DNA from: Takakia lepidozioides
Lineage: Eukaryota; Plantae; Bryophyta
Assembly: GCA_030704615.1 (NCBI GenBank)
Contig: CM060731.1
Coordinates: 6,138,001-6,202,000, forward strand
Reading direction: 5' to 3'
DNA length: 64,000 bases
Below are positions 24,006 through 35,279 of the stretch, in pieces. Position numbers and translations under genes: made by a program. Numbering within the stretch: the stretch's first letter is position 1; every line of letters starts with the position of its first letter. The notes below the pieces were generated by a model, which was not told where the DNA came from, made no database searches, and saw only the letters and a list, made by a program, of their open reading frames with translations.

Positions 24006-26251
24006 CTAGTCATCCTCATCCTCATCCTCATCCTCAGTGGAGGACTCAGAGCTATCCGATGAGCCTGATGACTTCGCGCCCTTTGCCAGAGCACGTAAAT
24101 GAGGCGGCGTTCCCCTAAGTCCCACAGAGCTCTCATCCAATCCCTGGGCATGACCCTCGACCTCATCCATACTAGTGCCATGTAGTGCACTCATCCCCTC
24201 TGTGTTGGCCATGTTCTTCATGAGGGATTGCCAACCATGCTCCTTGGCGTAGTTGTACTCTACCGGAGATGGCTTCCTCTCAAACGCGCTTTGCTACACA
24301 TGCCACAAATTAAAGTCAGTTCTTCGTGATGATGGAGCCAGAAAGAAGACATAACAAAATCCATAGGGAAGTACGACTTACAAATCTCAAGATAAAACCC
24401 TTGGATCCGCCGCCGCCCCACTTGTGTGTGGATTCGTGCTTGTCAAGGCGGACTGTTGTTGCTTCGCGTGCCCGGTCAAATTTGGCCTTGTTTGCGGCAT
24501 CAGTCTCTCCCGCAATGAGTGCATCCCACGATACCTATGCACCCCCCCCCCCCAACAATTAGTGAATTACACACATATGTTGCATCGAATCCACCTCATT
24601 AATGCACATGCGACAAATGGAAGATGACATGATTCAGGATTTGCCAACCTGTGTAATTCCATAAGGTGGTTTGGGTATGGCCCCCTTTTCCATTGCCCTC
24701 TGAATGATCTGTCTGGCACGGTACCTCCTGTCCTTCAAGTTTCGCCCCACCATCTCCATCACCCTTGTGTCACTCCAATTTCCCGGAAACCGGCGGTCTA
24801 ACTCACGGGCATACGCCCGCTTCGCGCCAAAGTGCTGATCAGCCCACTCGATGTGCAAAGGGAACCACCTCAATGCGAGTTCGAAGGCTAGCTTCTTCAT
24901 AGCCTCCCAGAACGCACCGCAGGGGTCACCATGGCGATTCACCTCCACCGGTGGCACCACGATCCTTGCCAACTCCACGTCATGTATCGCCAAGGCCATC
25001 CCACCCTCTTCCTTCTTTGCAGCCTCCTTCCCCTGCTCCTTTGTTACCCCACTGCCCTCCCCCGCATGCACACTCACCCCTTCCTCTCCATGGGACTTCT
25101 TTTTCTTCTTCTTCTTTTCCTTCCCCTTCCCCACTACTTCCTCTCTCTCCTTCTCCTTCTCATTTTCCCTTCTCTCTCTCTCTTTGGCAACCCCTTTATT
25201 GATGGTAAAAGGGATCTCCGGAGATCGAGGCCTCTTCTTCTTACCTTTGGTGTTCGGGTCCTTCATGAACACCACGTGCTCTCCCTCATTGGCAACCCCA
25301 CTGGACTGCACCAATGAGGCCAGCCATGTTGCTACCTCCTGAAGACAAATAACCCCTCCAAATTCAAAAAAAAAAACAAACAACAAAGAAAATCATGCAT
25401 GCAAAGGAAAGGATAAATCATGGAACAAGGTGCGACAGTTGTACCTTTGCAAGCTTGTCCGACTCGCCCCTGGTGTCACCCGATGTGGGAGGAGTCCCCG
25501 TTTCCGGATGTGCCCGCTCTATCCCCTCTCGGAGCGCCACTGGAAGTAGATTCCAGATGTGGAGCATAGCCGGCGGCGGCACTCCGTAGTCCAAGCCCTC
25601 TTTGCTGACCGCTTAGGCTCAGGGGGCGGTGTCGCTGATCGGCTAGGCTGCTCCGAACCGGCCCATACCTCCTCCTCTCCCCCCCCCCCCCAAATGCGTA
25701 TCAGGGTAGAAGCCCTCACCCAGCTTGACTTCTTCGAGGCGCTTCGCTATCTTGGCCACTTCATTGGCCCTCCTCGTCTCCTCCTCCCTCATTGACAACA
25801 ATGGGCTGGCAATGGAGGCTTTCAAAGGCCCTTGAACCTGACGTTGGGCCTTGGCAAGTGCAACCTTTGTTGCGGAGGAAAGGGTCGCTATGGGGGTGAC
25901 ATCCAAAAGGTGCCCATACTGGGCCCCCGAACGGGTGATGTGCTTGCCAAGGTACATTTCACCCGTCTTGGTGGCCGGGGGTGTGCTCAACTGAGCATCC
26001 GGCTCAGCAACAACCTCCCGAATAGGAGAGCTGGCTGAGCCGGCCCCCGGCGCATCCAAGATGTGGACAAGAGGGGGGGGGGGGGGGGGGTATTGGCCTC
26101 GGGGGGCAGACGAGCCCTCCGGCTGCCGCTGTCGGCGAGGCTGGTTAGCCGTGAGACGCCCTGGCGCGTCACACGTGCCGACAGAGCAAACGGATTGTCC
26201 GCCCCTTTCTTTGGGGCAGGGGACTTCTTCTCTTTCTCCACAAGCTGGCAC
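24006..26251 (-). CDS. Spliced transposon accessory protein, resembling CACTA TnpA/Transposase_24-like proteins; 5' part frameshifted
   Basis: In-frame GT-AG exons 25338-24649, 24534-24382 and 24293-24006. Lys-rich tract, then FWEAMKKLA...WADQ...LKDRRYRAR...KPPYGITQ|VSWDALI...THKWGGGGSKG...KPSPVE and an acidic tail. The upstream Pro-rich exon is broken in a region containing G/C homopolymers. Confidence 0.5.
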
Positions 26252-26539
26252 CTGTCATGCAAACCCACAAGTTGGCCTCATTAGGAACATTCCAGATCAA
26301 AAAAAAAAAAAAACCAAGCATGTCGGGGGCTGAGAGCAACAAGTGCTCGGGGTCTCGAGAGGGGGCAACAAAGAGAAAAGAAAAAGGGGGGGGGGGGGGG
26401 GGGGGGAGTGACTGAGCACCACCAGCAACTGCTGAGCACCACGGGCTCAGTCACCCCCCCCCCCCCCCCATTTTTTTTTTTTCGGTTTCCTGATCTCTCC
26501 CTCTCTCTCCCTCTCTCCCTCTCCCTCTATAACTCTTTG

Positions 26540-26891
26540 GATTTCATCTGGCCTTAACCTTTTGAGGTTATTTAGTTTTTCATCCCAACCTTTTTCATCC
26601 AAATCTGGATGATATTATTATAGGATGATGAAACTTAATGTACAGAAAGCTTGGTTTACCATCTATTTCTTTCATCTAAACTGGATGAACCACATGAATA
26701 ATGGTTACCTATTTTAAAATCCAAGAGATAATAAAACTACCATCATAAATGATGGCAGTTATTAAACCTAAGCCTATACCATAACCCTAAAAGATACCTT
26801 TTTATTGGATGTCATCCATTGACAATGTGCTTCTCTTGATAAAATGTGATTTTTTCATCCACCCTGGATGAGAAATCGGGAAGTTATGCCC
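26540..26891. repeat. GGATG/CATCC-rich subterminal region of a DNA transposon
   Basis: Many CATCC/GGATG motifs in both orientations. Ends TTTTTCATCCACCCTGGATGAGAAATCGGGAAGTTATGCCC|TAA, similar to 31521-31557. Confidence 0.55.
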
Positions 26892-29229
26892 TAAGCACGC
26901 CGACACATTTCACAGCACTGAACTCGTGCTTCAGTGAACCTTGATGATGCGCCGCGTAAACCTGCTCCCCTGCTACTACATGATACTCGTGATGGCTGGC
27001 TCTTGGGATGCGCATTGGCGGTTAGGCAGATTCATCTCTGGCAGACGACAAAACGATGATCGCTTTGCTCAGAAACTCATGGTTCTTTATTTTACAGCGT
27101 CGCTTTTACTCCTCGTTGGGAAGTACTCTATCCATATTTATATACAGATTACATGTTGCTCTCTTCTTGTATGAGCCATTCTCTATCTGTGAACGCTTCT
27201 ACTTTGATTGCGTTCTGTTGGAGACGATCTGTTGGACGCCATGGCGCAGGGCATACCACAAACACTCAAGGTTTTTTGAGTTTACCCTTGCTTGAATTGT
27301 GATCTGTACATGCTTTAGAATTCAACACTGACATGGATAGCAACTGTGAAGACCTGCCACTCACCTGCTGCATCCTCACTAACACACATCGCTATGTGGT
27401 GGTTTTTGGGACGGGCACAGGTGAGGGTCTTCACTTGTCTTGATTTCTTGAAGCTTGCAGCTCTTGTTCTTGCAAATGTGGATACTGCTGCTGCCTAAGC
27501 TGCTGATGCCATTTGCTGCTTCAAACTGCCACCATGCTGCTTCAGACCTGCTCCAAGATGGCTCCAATGAGGATCTGCTTCTCTCCTTACCCCTGTTTCT
27601 GGTTTTTTACAACCACATTTGCATGTGTAGGAGTTAAGCTATGAAGGGTACAAGGGTACAAAATAGCAGTTATTACTCTGACTGCTTTGATACTTGGCTC
27701 TGAAATGAAACTTCTTGGTATGACTTTGATGGATCAAAAGGATAAGCTTTGATAGATAACACACATTCTTCAAGGCCCTCATATCATTTTGGTTTCATGG
27801 CTCCTATACCTGCTTAAGGGGGCTCAACCCTGTTGTTTCTTCTTCCTTTTTAAGAATCTTGCTTGTATCTTGGTTCTGAAACATCAACTTCAAACCAGTA
27901 CTGTTTCTTAGGGAAGTGAAATGCTCAAGACCTGGATTTTGTTTGCCTTGGCCAGCTAAAGACTCTCAATTTAAAGGCCTGGCTGCAGGCAGGGTTCTTC
28001 TGAGTTTCTTTGTTAACTCAGATCTTTGGAGGTTCTAGAATACCACTCAAGACCTAGATCTGTTTTGGAACACTCAACCTTGCATAGGTTTCTTGTTTAC
28101 TGCTTGTGGTTTGGCATTGATACATCACCAAACTAGCTTTGGAATGAAACCTCTCAGCTTGACTCTGTTGTGTCAAACAGGTACGCCCTGTTTAGGGAAC
28201 ACACACACTCATTATGGCTCTCATAGCAGTCTGAATTTGAGGGCTGATAGCAGGCAAATTTGGGATAATTTGCCTTGCTTCTGTTCTATGATTCCTGCTT
28301 GTGACACGACACTGAAACGTCACCTTCAGGCCAGCAATAGCCTCTAGGGATAAGACTTGTTCAAAACCTGGATGTTGGCATGCAGCCTCATGATATATAC
28401 CATGTCTTGAATCATGCCAATAGGGCAAGAGGAAACATGATGTAAACCAGCAAATGCTTAAGGCATATTTGTTTGACTGTTCAAACTCAACTTGAATTGT
28501 TTTTGAGCATGAGTCTTGGGGAATGTCCCAAGACCTACAATCTGGTTTTCACAACTTGTTTTGCTAAGGTGTTGTGTCTACTTGCAAATACTTAAGGCAT
28601 GAATGGCTGGCTGTTTCAACTTGAAGTGCTATGAGCTTGATTCTGGGAAATATCCCCAAATCTGCAATCTAGTTTTTGAAATGAGTTTGAAATGAGTTTT
28701 TGAAATGATGGTGCAAACTATGGTGCTTTCATGATATGATTGACCTGGAATCCCACCCTCCCACCCTGTTTTTTCAGAGACCCTGAAATGTAATGGGGTA
28801 TTCAAATGAGATTGTAAACATGAAAGGGAATGTTAGATGGTGCCCTGTAAAGGGCTGTTTTGTCTTTCAATGACAATGACCTTAGCGGTCTTGTCCATGT
28901 CTTGACATGACATGTATATCTTCCCTCTTTTTTTTTGCTGTTCACAAAAGTAAACAAACCACAAGGGAGAGAGGGTGCAGAAAAAGTTAAAAGATTGTAC
29001 TCATAAGATGTTGTTTGCCGTAGCCTTGTGGCCATTGACCCCGCGCCCAGTTTGAGCGGAAAAAAAAGAGACAGAACCTGCCTCTGTCAGGGGCTGACGT
29101 TGGTAGTAAGACTTACCTTCATATATAGAATTAATCTGGGTTTTCCAAATATCCTCTAGAAATCCCTTCACACAAGCATCAAATTGCTATGTGTGATTTG
29201 CCCAATAACTAGGCCTCAGGAGGGCCTGG

Positions 29230-29578
29230 GCTTTTGGCTCATCCTTGAGACTTTCAAAGTTGGTAAACAGAGGTACAGGCACAATTCCCTTGATAGATTT
29301 GAAGAGAGCATCTCCTTGGTAAGAGAACCCCGGACAGTGTATCAGAAAATGAGTACTGTCTCAGATTGCCCACACAACGGGCAATTGCACTCTCCCTTTC
29401 CTCTCTGCTTCTGTTTGCTGTTCAAAGGTAGGCTTCCTGCCCTGAGTTTAAATTTCAGTCTAGTGCCGAGAGTGGGTAGACCCTTGAGGTCATCCAAGAT
29501 GTCCTCCCCCATGTCACTGACTGGAAACAAGTTCAGGGAAGTTTTCTGCCTAACTTCATTTTCATCAGACAATCTCAT
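29230..29578 (-). mobile_element. LINE ORF2 3' fragment (C-terminal zinc-binding region)
   Basis: KGLPTLGTRLKFKLRAGSLPLN...CNCPLCG; clear nucleotide similarity to 57581-57690. Confidence 0.65.
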
Positions 29579-31747
29579 GAGGGAAGATGCCACTGCTTTC
29601 ATAGCGGTGTTTCCCGCTGCAAGAGAGACAAGGCGCCGCCTTCGCGCCCTCCCAGGCGCTCCTCCAACATGGGTACGACACCACAAACAGGGCAGCCACC
29701 GAAGTACGCCCGCCATAACACTCTCCTCGCGAGCTCAGAAGCACATCGCGTGCTTCTGACAGCAGGAGAGACGACATAGGGTTGTCCCCCGATTATTCAT
29801 CCGTGGATGAAAAACAGTAGGACGAATCCACCCTGACGGATTTCATCCGCAACAAGGTTAAAAATAGATTTTGGGGTAGGGACCGTAACTAATCATAATG
29901 AGGGGTAGTAAAGATCAATTCCAGGCCATAATCATATCATTCATAGACAGATCATTTGTGTCAGGATGAAAAAGTAGGGAATATCATCCGTGGGAGCGCC
30001 TTACCTCCATCTAGGTAATTCTATCATTCCTTACCAGACCATCCGGTATGGATAACAAGAGTCAATAAAAGAGGAATGAAAAATTATCACCCTAGTAGTT
30101 TTTCATCCGGTACGGATGGAAAAACAGGATGTTGTTGGCAACCTCCATTGAGGTAATTCTTTTCTTCCATGGTGACTCATCCGGTATGGATGAGAGTCAA
30201 TAGAGGAGGAATGAAAAGGCCTAAAGAACCATCCTAGAGGTAATTCAGTGTCCATCCTGGTGGCTCATCCGGTATGGATGAAAAAGCCTGATAGAGGATG
30301 AGAAAACAAAAAATCAACACTGATAGCAAACTGCCAATTCCCAATAGCAAGGGAGACAAAGGGAGAGAGGGGGCACCCACCAACCAGCCCCTGGTATGGC
30401 AGCCCCTTATGGAGTGAGTGTGGTATGCACTCACCCCGTAAGGGAGTGCATACCAAACCCCTTCATAAGTTTTCTCCCTCTGTAATATAGTTTCCCACCC
30501 TCGGACACATTCGTCACAAGGGCAGGAAATACCTATATCCTCTCCTCACACTTGCTTAAAACATTGATCAGAGCTGAACCCACAACTGGGTCTGATGGAT
30601 CAAAAGAAGTGACAAAAGAGAATGGGACAAATCCCTTCATACAATGGTACTTGCTTGAAATGTACAGGATTAAGCATCCTTGGTCACATGTGTGTAGATA
30701 ATTAGCTACCATGAACGTCAGGTATCAGCTTGTATATATCCAGAAGTAAGATCATAAAGATACATGCACATAGATGAGAGGAGTATACCAGGTCAAGTGT
30801 CCTGCCATGATCCGAAATCCCGTTTGCGGATCGGGGAGAACCCTTCTGAACTCCTCCGGGTCATGTATGACTCTTGGCTGGCAATGTTGATGGTGGTGGT
30901 GGAATTAGACCCCGATCCACCCGGTGGAGAGCGGTTGGTCAATCTGGTATTTTCAGATGTGTTGGCAGGAGTTTGCATCCAGCCAGAGTGTCCACCCCTT
31001 TGGTATAGGCCTCTTCCACGTACCGGGGTACCTCTTCCCCGAGAAGCATATGTTTTACCCTGTTGGTGAGGCGTCTGCCCCTCCATACGTTGCGTTTTGT
31101 TACTGAACTGAGGCTTAGGCTGGTTGTCCGAAAAAGTACCAGGTTTTAGCATCTTCTCAATGTATTGGGCTGTCTTGGATTCTCCCAGCCTTATCAGTAC
31201 CTTAGCATTAGGATCAGCTACAAATTCGCAGGCTGCCTCCATAACAAATTCCCGGATCATCTGGAAGGTAATATGTGCCATTACGGCAAATCTTGCTGCC
31301 TTCATTATCCAGACTAGAAAATTATAGTACTTGGTTTGAATGGAAGGGTATGTATCATCAGGGAAGAAAACCGTCAGGTTATTCAACATATACCATACCA
31401 AGTGATCAAATCAAGTGATACTAATTATGATTAATTACGGTAGAAACCCTAACCCCTACCCCAAAACCTATTTTTAACCTTACTGCGGATGAAATCCATC
31501 AGGGTGGATTCGTCCTACCATTTTTCATCCACGGATGAATAATCGGGGGACAACCCTATGTCGTCACTTCTGCTGTCAGAAGCACGCGATGTGCTTCTGA
31601 GCTCGCGAGGAGAGTGTTATGGCAGGCGTGCTTCGGTGGCTACCCTGTTGTACCCATGTTGGAGGAGCGCCTGGGGGGGTGCGAAGGCGGCGCCTTGTCT
31701 CTCTTGCAGCGGGAAACACCGCTACGAAAGCAGTGGCATCTTCCCTC
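29579..31747. mobile_element. 2.2-kb element with about 320-bp terminal inverted repeats (non-autonomous/foldback-like)
   Basis: 29579-29900 is the reverse complement of about 31425-31747 with scattered mismatches (GAGGGAAGATGCCACTGC...GCAGTGGCATCTTCCCTC). GGATG-rich interior. No TSD found. Confidence 0.85.
30793..31401 (-). CDS. Hypothetical protein fragment (202 aa) inside the TIR element
   Basis: Helical N-half followed by an RG-rich (RGRGTPVRGRG) disordered C-half; family not recognised. Confidence 0.35.
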   Translation of the reverse strand: MVWYMLNNLTVFFPDDTYPSIQTKYYNFLVWIMKAARFAVMAHITFQMIREFVMEAACEFVADPNAKVLIRLGESKTAQYIEKMLKPGTFSDNQPKPQFSNKTQRMEGQTPHQQGKTYASRGRGTPVRGRGLYQRGGHSGWMQTPANTSENTRLTNRSPPGGSGSNSTTTINIASQESYMTRRSSEGFSPIRKRDFGSWQDT

Positions 31748-32495
31748 CTCTGGCTTTTTCTGTGCTTAGCAAGGATGCTTATGATGGGAAGTTCTCTCCC
31801 TCCTTTCTAGTGCCTTGTGATTGTGCTTGCTTTGCTTCATTGCTTATGTGCTTTGTGGAGGCGGCTTGTTGCCGTGGTAATGGCGCATAACCCTCTTCCC
31901 CAATCGCTTAAGGTGCCTTTGGAGTTTAGGGATTCTCATGTTCTTATCTCTTTCTCTTGCTTTTGAGTTTCTTAGTTGACATCGATGACAAGTGAGTCCG
32001 GGGGTCGCAAGCCGCGACGCCCTGGCGTCGCGGAGACCGCCACCCTGCCTGCGTCATTTTTTTTTTTGATTAAATTTAAAACAAAAGCGACGCCTGAGCG
32101 TCTCAACAACCCACGCCCGGGCGTGGCGGAGACCGACTCCTGTTGTTTTGTGCCACGCCCAATAGTCGCTTGGCGTACCACCCGGTTGACTCCCGGGCAA
32201 GTTAGAAAAAAAAAAGAAAAAGGGATGCGATGCCACGCCGGCGCCCCCACCAACACCGTCGGCTGGAGGGCCGCGACGGCGAGACGTCGCTCGAAGAGGC
32301 TCCTGCCATCGGCGCGGACGGCCTGAAAAAACCGACGTCCGGCAGTCGCGGGAGTTGGGGCGGGGGCTCGCGACCCCCATACGTCGCATTTTTGCGACGT
32401 CATTTTGGCGACGCCCTTGCGATTGCAGGGCGACGGCCGGGCGTCGCAAATTCTGCACCTCCCGTGTGCCCGAAAAGGGCGTTTTCCCGACGCCG

Positions 32496-33725
32496 CTCCA
32501 TATTCTGACTTCTTTCTCCTTGGGCCTTTATGAGGGTGAGATGTTCCAGCACCCACAAGAGGTCCTCCACATTTCAGTTTGGGATCCTCCACTATCGCAT
32601 TGTTGGTGCGCTTGTCATCTGGACCGTAGCAGCATTGATACCTGGACATAAAAATCACAATGGATATCCATCGACTTCTGGAAGCATGAAATCACAGAAC
32701 GTGGGTACGAAAAATGGCAACAGACATGCAATCAGACTACAAAAGGACGATGAGGATGGTGCACACATGATACTGTTCAGAGAACTGCTGGTTCTCGGCT
32801 CTTTTAGCATGCCGGGTTGCACTTTAGTATGGACATTCACCCAAAACTGAGTGGGGTAGTCCATCAAACTCTCCTCTCCAAGGAGAAAGTCATCAACTCT
32901 ATCCCACGGTATGCAGGCCTCCAGAACATTCTGTCTGGCACCCATATAACCATATTGCGTGTCTCTCTTCCATTGGAGGTCCTTCGTGTTGAAGGGTCCT
33001 GGTTCGGGTGTTTGCAAACTTTGTCGAAGAGGCCGTATAATCCAACATCCCGTTTTTAGTATATCATCACCTTCTGCTTCCACATCCATGCCCTGTACAG
33101 TACAGAGGACACGCTTCAGAACCTGCAAGAAACGCGCCGCAGTACACTGGACACGATGGACAACGTGCAAGGAGCATCAGTGCGCACGTTCGCGGTTGCT
33201 GGCAAGTGGCAGGCGACAGGGATAAGGTTTGAATTCATGCCCTGAAAATGGAGGGCTCAGATGGCATTTACGAACGGACGGTCCAGATGCGGCATCATCA
33301 GTGGATTGGAGGAAAGCGGACTCATGGGCGGCGGACTAGTGGACAGACTGTTGGGTGGACTGGCCGGGATTGGCACAGCGGACTGGCATGGATGGCGTGG
33401 ATGGGTTTCTCAGAATGGACGATCCAAATCCTTCGGCCGGTGCGGACTGGCAGACTGGGGGGCAACAGACGGGCACAGTGGACTGTTGGGTGGACTTGCG
33501 GGGACTGGCACATTGGACTGGCGTGCACAGCAGACTGGCGGGCGGACTGGCCGTGCCGGACTGGGGGCGCGGCGGAGCGCGGTGCGGGCCGCAGCAGCAG
33601 ATGTGCGACCGCGCGCAGCGGCGGGCGGGGGGGTCCGGGTAGGGGGGGCCAGGCGTCCGTGCGCGGGGCCGCCTTGGTCAGCTCGCGCGTGCGCCATAAC
33701 GTCCCAATTATTGTAAAATGAGAGG
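32496..33725 (-). mobile_element. Second, truncated copy of the 5' region of the MULE-like element
   Basis: Near-identical to 19275-20425 (exon 1, intron 1, start of exon 2 and upstream GC-rich region). Similarity stops in both copies after CCCAATTATTGTAAAATGAGAGG. Confidence 0.92.
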
Positions 33726-33969
33726 TTTTTTTTTAATATGGCCTCAAAAGTTGTTTTAGGCTTATTTATTCTCAACAGAGCAATGTCATGTTTAAACGTT
33801 TAAATATACATATCGGCTAATAATGTTTTATTTTTTAAATAATTAATTAACCAAATAAAGTTAAACAGCCTGGCACCGCGGGCCACCTTTCTTTTAAAGT
33901 AATTTTCTGAAAAAACAAAAACAATTCAAATTTTCCTCAACCCAACTTACTGAAAATAGTGTGCTTTCC

Positions 33970-35020
33970 TATGGCAGATTGCCAACCGTGTCCTTAAAGT
34001 TGGGCAGTACCTTAACTTTGCAGAGGCTCTTCTATGCCAATGCTGCCCAATAGGAACCATCGAATCCTTGGAGCATTGCCTCATCTACTGCAAGGCTCCC
34101 TCTAAAATCTGGCCACTAGTAAGGTCATTCTACAGGACTTGGGACCTCATGCCGGTCTCCTCGGTTCAGATCTTGCTCAACTATGACCAATCCCAAAAAT
34201 CGGAGGCTTCTTCTTGCCCGGTCTTTGAAGCCCTTAGAAGCTCCAATCTATGGCATCTTTGGAAATGTCGTTGTGCATGGGCCCTTAACAGTGAAAACTC
34301 ATCTCCTACTGCCCTTCTCACATTAGTCTTCTTTGACCTCACCATTGCGGCTAAGAAAACATGGGCTGCATTGGGTACAGAGGCTGCCAGGAAGCCGCAA
34401 CGTCAACCAGAACTCATCCGGGCCTTCCGAGCAACATGGGGGAAGCATGGGGTCATTTGTAGGTGCGCTTATGATCTCACCTGTGTATGGGCAGACTCAA
34501 TTCCAATCTCCTGGCAGGGGCTCCGATCCAACCTCTTCAATATCCCTGAGTTCGAGAGATCCGATGTGAATTGGAAGCACATCAAGCCCTCTACAACGGC
34601 CCGACGCAGTTTCTTCAGATAGTCTGCTGCTACTTGGTGCTATTCTAGGACTTACGTGCCCACCGCTTAGGCTCTGTCTAGGTCATCTTCTCATTTCCTG
34701 CTTCGCCAGTAACCTGGCAACCATTCTTCTATTCACATTGCTTGAGTCTTTGCGTTATGGTTACTCGACCAGGTTAATTTTCTGTTGCAGGCCAGAGGTC
34801 TGATAGGAATGCTCTTGCTGTTTGTAAGAGGTTATTTTCCAAAGATATGTTCGTCCCATTCTGTCTACTAATCTAGAGTTATCCAGCATGGCCCACCGTG
34901 AGTCAAGCCTTATAGCAGCCTTCGGGCATTCAAAGGGCTTAATTTTTTCCCTTTAAATAATCCTTTCAATATAATTCTCAGGGCCACCGTCCCCTGTTAC
35001 TGGGAATAAATAAATAATAG
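33970..35020 (+). mobile_element. L1-type LINE 3' fragment with 3' UTR
   Basis: C..C...ESLEHCLIYC zinc knuckle and LWHLWKCRCAW, homologous to 39060-39300. Ends in an (AATA)n-like tail near 35005-35019. Confidence 0.7.
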
Positions 35021-35279
35021 TGGATACTAACTCAACAAAATCCTTATCCTGCAACATCTCTGCAGATTTCCTCTCAGTCCGCAGAGAGGGTGGAAATCAA
35101 TTCAAGCCTTTAAATTGCAAAAGCAAAAGGAAGAGGGCCATAACAGTGTTTACCTGGCTTCTTCCTCAAATACCTTGCACTCCAAAAGGCTTCAAATGGG
35201 TTTCCATTTTGCACACGGCGGATAAGCGCACTAAATTCTTCTTTGATCCAATTTGGCCATCAAATCGTCCAGACTGCAC

